From Octopus sinensis (taxonomy: Eukaryota), in NCBI RefSeq assembly GCF_006345805.1, contig NW_021832712.1, positions 1-64,000 of the forward strand: a DNA stretch of 64,000 nucleotides. The letters run 5' to 3'. The notes beneath the pieces were generated by a model. It saw nothing but the letters and a program-made list of their open reading frames with translations. It ran no database searches and was not told where the DNA came from. Below are positions 39,787 to 52,849 of this stretch, piece after piece; the first letter of the stretch is position 1, and the number at the start of each line of letters is the position of its first letter. Both the position numbers and the translations under genes were made by a program.

Positions 39787-41607
39787 TGTCACCGGTTTTA
39801 TAGCCCACCGGGTTGGATAACCCACCACCGAAAAAACTATCAAAAAAATATAAATATAATCTAAAAATCATCAGAAAATATAATTAACTTTGATTTTCTT
39901 CTTTTTTATTAGTTTTTATATTTCTGCCTGTTGCATAAATCACACATCATTCATTTGTGCTTTACATTTTTAAAATAAATAAAATTTTATTTATTTAATG
40001 GGATAAAAAATAAGAATTAATTCATTTAAAAAAATCAAAATTTTAATCAAATTTTTTTAATCTACTAAAATGGACGTTTGATAGTGATTCTCCATTATCT
40101 TTATTAATAGTACACGTAGTTTCAAATTTTTCTGAAACTGTGTACTTATTTATATCCAGTTCGTCATATAATGGGTATCTCCGGTTACCAGGGTTATCAT
40201 CCCTGTCGTGTTTCAGCAGCACTGTATCTCCAATTTCAATGTCTTCTGCGTCATATTTCCACTTACGACGTTTTTTCATTTTCTCTCCAGCTTTAACAAG
40301 GTTTTCATGCACTTCTTTCTCAGTTCTTTTATCGTCATTTTCAAAATAATTCGAATTTGACTCATCACTTTGTTCTGCATTTGTTCCGTCGAACATTAAC
40401 AATGCATTTATTTGATCTTCTGTTCTCTCCGAATTTTTTATCCCCCATAAAAATTTTGAAGGGCGCCCATTTGGTAGTTTCATGTTGTGTGGAGTATATT
40501 TGTATACAATTTCCTGATAAAAATCCTTGAATTTCCCTAGCATTCCGTTGTATGCACTTGTAGAGCTAATCCATCTTTTAATTGATTGATTAAACCTACA
40601 AATAAATTGACTATAAGAAACCTCTCCACTTGCCCCTGAACCCAGGGTGCTCTAGGTCGTCCACATATATGAGTGATGTTTAATTCGGAGCACATTATTT
40701 CCATGCATTTATTCTTGAACTCTTTCCCGTTGTCTGTCTGCAAGATAAACGGGGGTCGGATTGAGAAGAAAATCTTTTTTAACTTTCTTGTTATTTCTTC
40801 GGCTGATTTCGTTTTTGCGAGTTTTACCACTGCAAATTTGGAAAAAGAGTCGATTACAACAACCAACTATGACTAATTCAAAAAAAAGACCCATCCATAA
40901 TTGCTGTTAAGGTTTGAATATCTCCTCAGATCCACTAAATCTGCAATATACCGATCTCTAGGTCCTCTTGCAATTATGGGGGTGATAGTTGGTTTTGTTG
41001 CCATGAAATTTTTCGACTAACACTGATTAAAAACATTACTTGGCAATAGACACATTTTCCTATCACACTACAAATTTCTTCCCTTGTTACTGAGAGCATT
41101 CTGTCTCTACCAAAATGAGTATTCATATGCTCGATCTTCAATTGTTTTGAAATGGATACCTCAATAATTTTTAACTTTAGCTCACTTTCTTCTAGAGTAA
41201 AAAAACGCAGTTTTTTATTTCCGACTTTTATATACGTTTTTTCAGGAACTTTGAAGCAAAAACGATTTTTAAGCGTCCTGAGCCTTCTCCTTTTCTCTTT
41301 ATCGTATATAGTAGTGGTGTCATCAAAATTTTTTTTTCATTAAGTTGGTTTGTCGTTAATTTCAAAAGAACCATATTCTAATTGAACTTTATTGAACAAC
41401 CCTACTTATTTTCACAGTTTTTAAACTTTATTAATAAAAAGTTATAGTTTTCACGCTAAAATATTTAAATAAAAAATAACAATAAATTATTAAAATAATT
41501 AAGAAAATCATTTTTTCCAATGAAATTAAATATAGGAAAAATATTATTATTATAAAATATGGCAGTAGGTGGGTTATCCAACCCAGTGGGCTATAAAACC
41601 GGTGACA
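39787..41607 (-). mobile_element. Ginger2/TDD-like DDE transposon with both ends intact
   Basis: ~39-bp TIRs TGTCACCGGTTTTATAGCCCACYGGGTTGGATAACCCACC with TG..CA ends and a 5-bp TSD TAGTA. Integrase CDS ~40043-41340 shows H..GRD..C..C, VIDSFSK, LQTDNGKEF and GQVER motifs and contains tiny introns. Confidence 0.9.
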
Positions 41608-41879
41608 TAGTATAACGTAGTTCATCCAGATGATAGGTTTGGTCACGTTTGTACGCATTTGAAATTTCGTTAAATTCTGCAAGAAAGAATTCAGCGTTGA
41701 CTGATTTATCTGTTTTCATTTCCACGTGTAATTTACGCATTCTGAATCCATATCTCTGAATTTATGCAAGAATCCATTAGAATTTTTAAAATAGCGTCCC
41801 TTTTCAATAAAAGATAATTTCTTGTTTTTCTTGATATTCTCTTCTAGAAAATGCTTGAGATGTTTTGCTAGACGTCCTG

Positions 41880-42480
41880 GCTTAAACCTTTTTACTGCTG
41901 AGCCTCGAATGCCATTTGAAGGCTAGAGTATGGTGAATTTGGTCTCTATGGAACGAGTTTAGATTAAGATTGTCCGTATCAGAAAGTACACATGTTCCGG
42001 CATTATAGAGGAAGATAGGTTTCACCTGTGAATTGTATAAACGTATCCATGTTTGTGCACTGAGTCCTTTGCGTTTTAGCCAATTTTCCTTTAGGCTACA
42101 TGTTTTTCGCATAATTACGTCTTGTTCATCTCCCAATAAAAATCCAAGTTTTTTAGCTTTTGTCCAGTGATCGTCAAGCTTAGAAATTTATCTGTCAAGT
42201 TCAGTAAATTTTGTTTTCTCCATATTTACAATCAGGAATCCCTGCGCGAGTTTATTTGGCATCAACTCCAATAGGTTTTCTAAAGTATTCATGTCGAAGG
42301 AAATAAAATCCATGCCACCACATTGATCTTTTCTTCATAGTATGGTTTTAGGTCTCTCAATGGAGTTTTAAAATATACAACAAGCAGCATTGAGAGAACA
42401 GATCCCCTTGAGGTGTTCCCGATGTTGTTTCAATTGACTTAGAGCACTTGTTACGTACCCTGCCCGATAGTTAGGTTTCT
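41880..42480 (-). mobile_element. RTE-clade remnant (RT plus C-terminal region)
   Basis: TTSGTPQGD and RLYNSQVKPIFLYNAGT...SFHR, homologous to 10549..11091. Confidence 0.7.
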
Positions 42481-42545
42481 GATAAAACTTATCTATATCA
42501 AACTGTCTTAATTACCAATTGTGTTATTTAGCACCAGTCGATCCC

Positions 42546-45500
42546 ATGTCATCACACGGGAATAATACAAATATTCTAAATTTTTACGTAATAGATTAAT
42601 GTATTTAAATAATTATTTAATTATCAAATTTAAAAAATAAATTTAGAGGTTGTGTTTGATACTCTTTCTTGTTACCAGTGAGTGCTGCTTCTATTAAAAA
42701 ATTACGAATATTACTTAAATTTGTTGTATTATTGTTTTTCTAGTGTCTGACCTTCAAATTATTTTTCTCGTAAATCTCGCTGAAAACAACGAAAACAGAA
42801 AATTATGCGACAGAGCAAAAGTATTAAATTGTTTAATTATTAGTAGCAAATAGCCGATAAAGTTGTTCATATTGACGACTTTTCTAAATATAACCCTGTA
42901 GAAGGCGAAAAGCACTGTCTTGTAACATGGGACTTTGAGTCAGACGCTTTTATGACAATCCGAAACACTGCAAGGTCCATTATTAGCCCATCATATTTCT
43001 TAAAAATAACAGAGAATAAGAAAGTTTGTGTTAAAAATTAAATCTGTAGTTTTTCCCCTATCTTTTACGCCCTATATATAATGAAAAATTCAAAAATGTC
43101 GTAATCACTCTCAGTCCTGGATTTGCTTACTGCGAAATAGTTTTGCAATTTTTTATTCAATTTAAATCAGGCGAAATACGTCGTTTTTCTTCACAGCATG
43201 TCAGCTGTGGTAAAACGAACTACTACCGATGAAACTAAGATTGTAATTTCTAACAGAGCCGATTGGATTGAGGCAAATAGAGCAACAGCAATGGGAATCA
43301 AAGTCCTCACAAAGAATTGGATAGTAGATTGCTGGAACAAGCGAGATGACGACTCGTTCGATCCTTTTCTGGATTCAATTCTTCACAAGTACAGGATGAA
43401 GTGTTTTTACGGACTGCACATTTCATTTTACGGTTTTTCTGACGAGGATTATCACCTCCACGAAAAAACAGTCGTAAACGGAGGTAAGTTTATATAAATC
43501 ATTTTCCCTAATTAAACAGATGGATTTTCTGTTGATGTTGCCGATTTAGACTGCACTCATGTTGTCGTTCCTTACAATTTTGACGGAGACATTCGAATTC
43601 CAATACGAGAGGAGCTCGTTATTGTAAGCTCTGAGGTTGTTTTAATTTGACAATCACTATTTATAGTGGTTTTGGAAATGTATTCAGGCAAATACTTATT
43701 TGAATGTTAAAGCTTATTTGATTACATTAAATGTATTATTTCTCAATATTTTCTCTAGTCTGGACAATCATATGATCAAAACAATCAGCGTGTAACTTTG
43801 GCAGAACTTGTTGACGAAAAGCTAAAATCTCCGCTTTTTGTTAACGACTTGTCTTATAAATCTGAGATTTCTTACGAGGATCACGGCAGTCAACGAACTG
43901 CTACTTTAGAATCACCACTTTCGAGTCTGAAAATCCGAAATATTTATAAATTAGGTACTCTGAACCCTCCTTCTACAATTTCACGTGAAAATAAAGAAAA
44001 AGTTGTCAAGACAAAGAGGCAATTCGCATTTGAAGAACTTTATAACACAGAAAGGAAATATTTTGCCATTCTCGAATTTATTGGAAAAGTATTTTGTATG
44101 GAATTAAATGGCAGACAATTCCTGACGAGCTGAATAGTTTAGCTGATAATGTAGAAGGAGAATTGATTTCCAAATTTGAAATTCGTTACATTTTTGGATC
44201 ATTAAGTGAGTTGCACAGTGTTCATGCAAAAATTTTGTCTGAATTGACTAAAATCTCGTCGAATTGGAAAGGCAAGTTGTCGGTAGGAAAAATATATCTT
44301 GACTCGATTAATCAAATATTTTCTGCTTATAACAAGTTTACATCGAACTATAGTTCTTGTATTCAGCGAATAAAAATGCATATGAGTGATAGGCCTCGGT
44401 TTTTGGCTTTTTTGAAAGTTATTATTTTGTAATAATTTCAGTTGAAAGAATCGCTTGAAATGAGTGGAAGGCAATTGTTACATGAGTTGTTTATTAAGCC
44501 GATTCAGCGACTACCACAGACCATTTTACTTCTACAGGGTATGGATTAGTAAAATATTATTTTGTGATTATTAGCTAAGATATCATTTTTTTATAATGTA
44601 ATAGCACATTTCTTAATTAATTATCCCATGTTTAGAATTATTAAAATTCACGCCAGAAAAAATGGCTGATCACTCTCTTCTTATAGAAGCTATTTCTAAA
44701 CTTAAGGATTCCTTATCGTACTCATAGTGCTAAGTGGTTCCAGGAAGATCAATTCTCACTGTAAAGAGACTGAAAACACAGTGGCTATGCTTGCTCTCTT
44801 TAATGACATTTATGATTGTCCGGTAATATCTAGTATTGTATTTTAAGTCGGCTTTGATATCGTCAATCAGGAAGCTCATGATGAAAATTCGAGTCATTGA
44901 ATTATCTAATCTGGTTTGCAGAGATGGTGATGAAATGCTATTGTGTGTATTTAACGACTGTATTGAGGTTTATATAAAATCACATTTATACTTAGCTGTG
45001 CAAATACAGGAAGAAGTTTAATCTTTCTGTGAACAAATCGACCCAGTCACTAAAACATGTTGCCTTGTTTCCTTTATCGTGTGTAAGGAGAGTCGTTTCG
45101 GTTGTTGACAATGGTTCTTGTTGTATTTTTATTACTAGATAATGTGTTTGCATTGGTTTGGCAATCAATCATTAAAATGACCGATTTGATATGCGCATTT
45201 TCATTAATTCGCGATGAAATAACTTTGTGTGATAATAAAAACAAAGTTCTCGCTGAGCTATGTCGTCATGCAGACAACGTCACTTGTAGTGGAAATGTAT
45301 TTTTCATGTTATAATATTTAGCTTTTATATCACTGTGAACTGAGAAATCTTCCTGATGATCTGATAAAATCTAAACTTTCACGGTAAACTAATTCTTGTT
45401 ATTATTCAAAGAATTACGACTGGACTTAGTCGAATGTTTTCTTTTAGAAGTTCAGAAAGAAAACATTCAAAGGACAACAATCTTTCACGTAGTCCGTTTA

Positions 45501-45735
45501 CTCGGCAGGAACTTACTAATGTTGTGGCTGATGATGTGGAGACATCTTCACTTTATTCATACAATTCCTCTCTTTTTAAACGACTCTCTCGTAAAGTGAG
45601 TATAACTAATTCAATTGTATGTTGTGTATTTATCATGTATAGTGTTCTGCTGCAGCAAACATTGCGAAGGATGATAAAAAACCTAAAAGAGCTTCCATTT
45701 TTGGTCGAAGACGTTCTACTAAGAGGACTATTTAA
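42546..45735 (+). CDS. ECT2: ECT2/pebble RhoGEF (BRCT0-2, DH, PH)
   Basis: RPIYNEKF, ATAMGIKVLTKNWIVDCW, KCFYGLHISFYGFS, KRQFAFEELYNTERKYFAIL, RYIFGSLSELHSVHAKI, ELFIKPIQRLPQTILLL, DIYDCP..LISSIR, LLCVFNDCIE. Confidence 0.92.
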
Positions 45736-45852
45736 CTTTCTACTTATTTGTATATATTTGTTCTTTGACCCGCTTTTACCCTTTGGTATATAGATTAATT
45801 TAATAATTTATTCCGCACATTAATATTGTAATCTTTATTTAAAATTTATATA

Positions 45853-46790
45853 CAGTAAAACCTCTCGAATCCCTCGCTTCTCGAATCCGCTTGTTTTAGT
45901 CAAAAATTTTGAACCGCAAGGATTAATATAATTTCGGATTAACTGACCAAGAAATTATACTAAATATGGATGTAACAGGTTTTTTTATTAAGTATTTCCT
46001 GCAAGAACGATTTTATTAAGCCAAAAAAGGGCGTAAAACAATCTAAAGTTTGAATAACTGTTGCTTTATGTTCTAATGCAAATGAATCAATTAAAATGAC
46101 ACCTTTTTTATTAGACACAGCAAGAAACCAAGGTGTTTCAAAGGATTCAATGTTGGAAAATACTGTCATTATTATGAAAATTAATATAAAAAAATTTATT
46201 TACTTCTTGATAACGTGCCAAGTCACATTTTGAAGAACAATTTTCCAAACATTAAAGTTATAAAGCTTCCAAAGAACTCAACTGCTCAATTTCAACCAAT
46301 GGATACATGAATAATAAAAAATCTAAAGAAAAAAGTTAGTGGTTGATTAAATGAACTCGCTTGATCAATCATTAGACTTTTTTGTTAATCTTAGACACGC
46401 AATATCGTTACTTCACGAAGATTTGGCAAGTTTGAAACAAGAAACTATCAGTAATTGTTTCAAAAAAGTTGGAATTATTCAAGATCCTGATGAGTCTAAT
46501 GCTGAATAAAAGTTGTCGCCAGATCCAATTATTGAGGCACACAATAATGAGCTAGACCAAATTATGATTGAAGAAGATATGCTTCAAACAGAAAAAGTCA
46601 TTGCACTGTTTCAAGAAGAATACACTGTTGAAGATATCATACTTAATGCTGAAGATGGCCAGGTCGATGAGAGTTACAATATTAGCCCAACCACTTTATT
46701 TGATGCAATTCAAATTGTCATTAAATCAAGTTCTTGTTCGAATTGCTTTTCTCAAAATATAACACTTTTAACACTTTAACACTTTTAACA
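45853..46790 (+). mobile_element. pogo/Tigger-like transposon remnant
   Basis: TA|CAGTAAAACCTC terminus, LLLDNVPSH and LPKNSTAQFQPMD (DDE_1 motifs), many stops. Confidence 0.75.
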
Positions 46791-46799
46791 CTTTTTATT

Positions 46800-47126
46800 G
46801 ACCAAAGGACAAGGGTAAGCCAGTTAATTATAATCCCCCGTGATCCCCCGATTCATGCGAGGGAGATTCTTCTAAAAGGTTCGATCCTGCCCACAATGAT
46901 CGGACTGAGACGACGATGTCCCAGGGTCAGAGTTCTAGAAGTCCATTTTCGGTAGGCATTAAGTGCCACCTGAGCGTTTCCATATCCGATTGGAAGTTCC
47001 AACTGACATGGTGGACCCCATAACGCCACGCTAAGACCGGAAAGAAGGTAAGAGATCCTCATTTTCCAACTGTGTCGTGCCAGAAGTACTCGTTGCCTCA
47101 CGGGCAGGGGAACGATAACGAGAATT
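46800..47126 (-). mobile_element. 5'-truncated SINE copy with (AAAAGTGTT)n tail
   Basis: Reverse complement of 2894-3213. Short tandem tail at 46765-46800. Confidence 0.85.
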
Positions 47127-47579
47127 GACAAACGATACTGTAAAAAATTTGAATATTACATTTAATAGTACATCATTAACTGAATATGTACAATGATTTT
47201 TAACAGAAAATCGAGATTTAGTTAAAAAACCATTAATTAATGTCGGCTTATTTGATAAGAGAAAGCCAAATTCTTTCATGACAGCTAAGCCAATAATGTA
47301 CAAATTGAGCCTTTTAAGGAAGAGAATTTCTTCTCCCCACTTTGAAAGACTCTAAAAATAAGATCGCATATTTTCACTATGTTTATTATACTCTAATTAC
47401 ATAAAATTGGAAAATATACTCGTAAAAATTATTCCCGTGGGGATTATATATTTTCTTGAAACATTTGTGTTTATCATATTGAAAATGCATTGATGCTATT
47501 TGCACAAAATACTAATAACCCAGGCATAATATAATGTATGCTTTGACTGTCACGAGAATTTATTCTCGAAAGGTATATA

Positions 47580-49061
47580 CAGCGATACAAATAAAAAACG
47601 GAACACTCATTTTCTCGATTTTTTCCTATTGAATGATTGATTTATTTTAACAAAAATAGAATTTTTAGAAGACAAACATAACTTTAGCCCAAAAAAAAAC
47701 TTTAGCCTTTAAAAAAAATTTAAAACAACTTATATTTCGGACCGTAATTAAATCCAGTTTTGTCCAAACAAAATAAAAAAGAGAACAAAATAAAATTCTC
47801 TATTTTTACAGAGTTTTTTAAACCATTTTTTATTTTATTACACGTGTTGATTCTTGTTACATGGTTTTACAACTTACATTACAAGAAAAAGCAGAAATTA
47901 TTACGTATTATAAAGTCGGAAAGTCATATCGGGAAATAAGAAATTTGACCGGAAGATATCTGAGTGCCATCTCGAGAGTCATTCGACACTTCACCATGAA
48001 TGATTCCTTCCAGAGAAAAAAAGGCTCAGGACGAAGATTTAAACTTAACTCTGATGATCTCGGAATAATTCAACGTGAACAAAAAACTGACGTTGATTTC
48101 AATTCCGTAAAATGTTCGGAAATTTTACGTTCTGAAACGGGAACTGCTGTCACATCACAGACAGTGAGGAACTATTTGAAAAGACTGAACAGCCTACGAA
48201 AAGGCCATATCTGTTGAAAAAACACAAAAGGACTAGACTTTCTCAGTGCATTAAGTGGAACATGTTGCCGAATGTGTTCTGGAATCGAGTTATCTTTAGT
48301 GATGAATCGAAATTCAATCTATTTAATCCCGATGGAAGAAAATTTGTCTGGAGAAAAAGGGGACAAAGGCTTTTAAGCGAAAATGTTACTACAACAGTCA
48401 AGTTTGGAAAAGGGAACTTAATGGTTTGGGACGCATTTACATCGGAATGTTTTTCGGAACTTGTTTGGATAAAGGGAATTATGAATGGGAACTTATATGT
48501 AAGTATCTTGGCGGACTATTTGTTGCCTTTTTTGGAGAAAACCGGAATCCGGTCTCCAATTTATCAACAAGATAATGATCCAAAGCACACATGCAAGGTG
48601 GCTAAAGATTTTTTTAATGAACACCGAATTGAGTTATTACAATGGCCTCCTCAAAGTCCCGATTTGTATCCAATCGAGCACGTGTGGGCCTTCATGAAAC
48701 ATAAAATAAAAGGGACTGAATTTAAAAAAAAGAGTGACCTATTTGAGGAATTAAAAAATATTTGGAATGATCTTTCAATATAATATGCGACATCCCTTGT
48801 TGGAACAATGCGGAACAGAATTTTAGACGTAATTAATGTTCAGGGGGGTCATACTAAATTTTGAACTACCATTGTTCTCTTTTTTATTTTGTTTGAAAAA
48901 AATTTGGTTTAAATACATATTAAAATCTTTGACGTTTGGATTTTTATAAAAGGCAAAAGTTAAGATTATAGCTTGAAATTCGATTTTTTATTAAAAGAAA
49001 TTGAGCATTATATAGAAAGAAATTGAGAAATTGGCTGTTCCGTTTTTTATTTGTATCGCTG
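47580..49061 (+). mobile_element. Tc1 (DD34E) transposon, full length, inactivated
   Basis: TA|CAGCGATACAAATAAAAAACGGAACA TIRs at both ends. Transposase 47861-48864 has FSDESKF, QQDNDPKH and SPDLYPIEHVW with 34 residues between D and E, and ends GGHTKF. One frameshift (~48215) and one stop (48781). Confidence 0.93.
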
Positions 49062-49829
49062 TAGCGTTCGAAAAAATACAATCGTATATTTTTCCTATCT
49101 TAATTATACTTGAATTACATAAAATTATAAAAAATACTCGTACAAATTATACCCGTAAGGTATCATATAATTTCTATTTATATTAAAAGCTATTACATAA
49201 TCGTAGTTATCTAATAGTTATTAAATCTTTTATTATTCCTTTTTTATTTTGTACTTTGTGAAACAGCAGTTTCAACTTACATAATCATTTTTAAAAAATT
49301 CTTCAACAGCAGGGTTCAATGGTTTGCTACCACTAAAAAATATTCAAGGAAATTAATTATTTACTCTTAAATTTCTATCTCAAATTTTTGACCTGTTGTA
49401 TATTTTGATTGAAATATTAATTCCAGGATTCAAGAAAATGGTCATGAAAATTGATAAAGATTTGGACGCCCCAAGAATTTACGATGGATTTTCTTTAAGG
49501 ATTCCGAATCTCGTGTATAGCCAAGCTGTTTCCTGCGTTATTGATTTAGTATTAAAATATCTCCCACTATTTTGACTTTTTTTATTTAAAAGCTATATTT
49601 TTTTGTTGTTACGCAAATATGGGGAAATAATAACGGTAGTACAGTACAACCTTGGTTTGGGGCAGACCTCAGGGGTGGTCCACTCTCGGTTTTTGGGGCA
49701 CCCCTGCCTATTGGGACAGTTTTAAAAAACAATAAATTTTTCATTAAGTAATAAAAATATTATAATAATCAAAATAACAACCACAGGAAGTGAGCTGCCA
49801 AGCTCGATCTGCGAGCGCGACGGGGCAGG

Positions 49830-50100
49830 AGTTAGAGCCCAGCCGAACGGATTGCTTGCGCGTTTCCGCGCACGATTGCGAGCAAGATCCTCTACCTTTG
49901 CCAAGAGGACTCGCGAGCATCCATTTTCTTCCGAGCAATGAGGATAGCCAGGTCTTTCATGAAGCATGAGGTGAGCGAACCGGAAGCGCCTGATGTCTCA
50001 AAAGCCAGAGGCACGAAGGAATGCAAGTGGCAAGATTTTTGTACTTTTCGACTTTGCGGGCTTTCGCCAAAGCAGCGGTTGAGCCGGAAGAAGATGCAGA
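49830..50100 (-). mobile_element. CRE-like RLE 3' fragment inserted in a pogo-like MITE remnant (TIR at 49642)
   Basis: LAKARKVEKYKNL..HSFVPLAFETSGASG...DARESSWQR*RILLAIVRGNAQAI. Confidence 0.7.
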
Positions 50101-50513
50101 TAAAAATAAAGCGGATTTTTCATTATATTATTTATTTTTGATGACCCCGGTTTGGGGGACATACAATTTAATTACAAAATGTTATTTAATTTAGTAATTA
50201 TTAAATGGTATTACAATTTAAAGTGTTTATTTTTATTCTTGCATGGTTCGTAAATGTGGCCATTGGTTTAAATCAAATAAGTAAGCCCCTCAAAAAGACA
50301 AAAAACTGCACAATTTTTATGAACATTGTTATCCGCAATTTTCTAATAACTGCCAAATTTTTGTCCCATTTTTGGCAGATATGTAAGACTTTACGTTATT
50401 TATTTTTACTAATAAAGAACAAACAATAAAATTAATTTTTATTTTGAAACGTTGTTAAAAAAAAGTCAAATGAATTCCCAAAAAACGAATTCGTAGGTAA
50501 ATACTTAGAAAGA

Positions 50514-50992
50514 CTATTTCTGATATGTCTTATAAGCGTAGAACACGAAGAAAGCATTTAATACTCCAGCGATTGCGCAAAAAATCTTTAAATCATTAAT
50601 AATAGATTACTGAAGTAGCAATAATTGATGCTTGAGAGAAGCCATCATATGGAATATTTAAATTAGCAATTGCGATACTGAAAGAGATAAGATATAAAAC
50701 TTGAGAAGCAAATCTTTGAATCATGATATAAATTTTAATTTTTTTTTCATCAATTTTTGAATTTAATTTAAAGAAAAAAAGTGCAAAATAAAGGGAATTG
50801 GTTGCAAATAACAAAACACCTGTGAATTGAATAAACCCTCCGCCGTTTAATGAAAATTTCCAATTTAGTGAAGAACAGATTATTATTAAAATATCATTAA
50901 TCTAAGTTAAAAAAATGAGATTAATAAGATACAATTAATATAATTTGTGTAGCCCCTTTGGATGATCGCAAATAATCTACATCACATATCAT
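50514..50992 (-). CDS. MARVEL-domain membrane protein (CMTM/plasmolipin-like)
   Basis: MICDVDYLRSSKGATQIILI...GGGFIQFTGVLLF...QVLYLISFSIAIA...ASIIATS|IFCAIAGVLNAFFVFYAYKTYQK*: four hydrophobic helices and a MARVEL-like N-terminal motif. The start is uncertain. Confidence 0.65.
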
Positions 50993-51457
50993 AGGAGTCC
51001 TTGCTTAAATTGTTCACGTAAAAATGAATTAATGTTGAATTAAATTTGGTATATTTATTTTTTAAAAAAACCATTTATATTTATTTAAATTAATTATTCA
51101 AATTACGGGAAAATAAAAAAATACATCGCGACAACAGAGATTAAAAGAAACTTCATTAAGTCGTACTATTTGTTATCTTTCACAATTTCTTAATAATTTT
51201 GTTGCAAGTTTCTCAAAATCTTTTAAACAGATTTTTCAAATAAATCAATTTATAAAAATACAATTTAAAATCAAAAAAGACAGCGAATTTAAATATTCTA
51301 ATCTTGAGAATGTGAATTTTATGTTCATGAATATTTAAGTTTTAGTTAAGAAATTATTTCCAAGCTAAAACTAAGAAAAAATACACAAAAATTGCAATAA
51401 AGAATTAGTAACACAAAATAAATTCAAAATTAAAAAAAGAAATTGAAAACAAAATAG

Positions 51458-52598
51458 TTATTCATCCATGTCGCTAGAATCTTTTTGCAATATTTTGCAA
51501 ATAAGATTTTTATAGTACATGCTATTCACTTGAGTCAAATTCGGCTGTTCGCAGTGAAATGTAGAAAGATAACCATTCTGCACATTATAATCAAAATCTC
51601 TATGATAGTTAGATACCATCGACGAAAAAATGTTACTAAAATATATAATACTTTGAATATACATATATCTATCTCTAACAAGACAATTATTTTTACAACT
51701 AGAAATAAAATATTTTTTCTTAGCTCGTAGATATAAGATAATTTCGTCAGCACGAGCAGATGGTTTCCAAATATAATAAAATCGTACTAAGTCATTTACA
51801 GTTCGATTAACGAACTAAAAATTAATTAAAAACTCGCCTTATTTTCCTTGATTCGAAAGAAATTTTTACCAAAAAGTAACAGACCTTCCTCAAAAAGACG
51901 ACACTCATCTTCAGACCAGGAATTCAGAAACTCTATCAAAATAAAAGTCATTTTTACTTATCTCAGACGAACTTACTGATAGTGATTTAGCTTCATCAAA
52001 TGCAGCAGTCATATTATAGCCATGCTTTTTGATACACGCAAGAAGCTTTGATAAAATAAAAGAGATACCTGCTCATTATCGCTTATACCTCCATCCAATT
52101 GAACGATAGTGCCCGTGGAATACAAAAAGTCTGAAACTTCAGAAAGAGAGCACTTTGGACTCCACAATTCTTCTTCATCATAAACCCGAAGGTCAGAACT
52201 TTCGAAGTTTGGATTTCTGCTTGGAATTTATCTCCAATATCAATATCTCTCTTCCACTTCGTACTAGATTCAGATATCTGAAAACTTGAATCGTCGGAAC
52301 TATCAGAAATCTCTGAATTTATTTTAGTAAGTGCAACTACCCAATAGTAATTCACTATAAAATGTTTTTTCATCATGAGCTGAAGTAGGGCGATTGTAAT
52401 TGTTATTTATAAGAACTTGTTCTAGAGGTGTGGTGGCATCCTTAAGAAATAAGTTGAAATATGAACTTCAAATAATTTTGTGAGATCTTCAGCCTGACAC
52501 TCGTCGCCAGAAATTGAAGAATTTGATATTGATACAACTATTTTTGTTTGATTAAATAAACTCAAACCTGGTGAATTGTTTAAAGATAAAGAACTCAT
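51458..52598 (-). CDS. MIER1: MIER-family ELM2-SANT corepressor (one apparent frameshift at ~52213)
   Basis: WKRDIDIGDKFQAEI(P)...EELWSP...ISDNEQ...SWSEDECRLFEEGLLLFGKNFFRIKENK|FVNRTVNDLVRFYYIWKPSARAD, matching the MIER motifs WKKEIMVGSMFQAEIP, KDNEQ and FYYMWKKSERYD. Confidence 0.85.
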
Positions 52599-52849
52599 TA
52601 TAACTTTTCAGGTTTTATAAATCAGTTATAACCTCACACAAATACAAAATTGTTTTCGTTACGTTATATTAAATTAATTTTTTTTAATTTTGAAAAATCT
52701 TATTAAATAATTTTTGGAAATCAATTCTTAACAAAATAATTCATCATTTTGAATTTCCGGCACATAAGATGACCTGGCTGTTTTCACGGGCGATTGCCAA
52801 CGAGAGTCATTACATTAATAGATAATAATAGGCATTAAATAGATAAAAA

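Noticed and set aside
40043-40866. Domesticated host gene (KRBA2/SCAND3-like)
   Set aside because: It is flanked by TIRs and a TSD and has decayed paralogues in the window, so it is a transposon.
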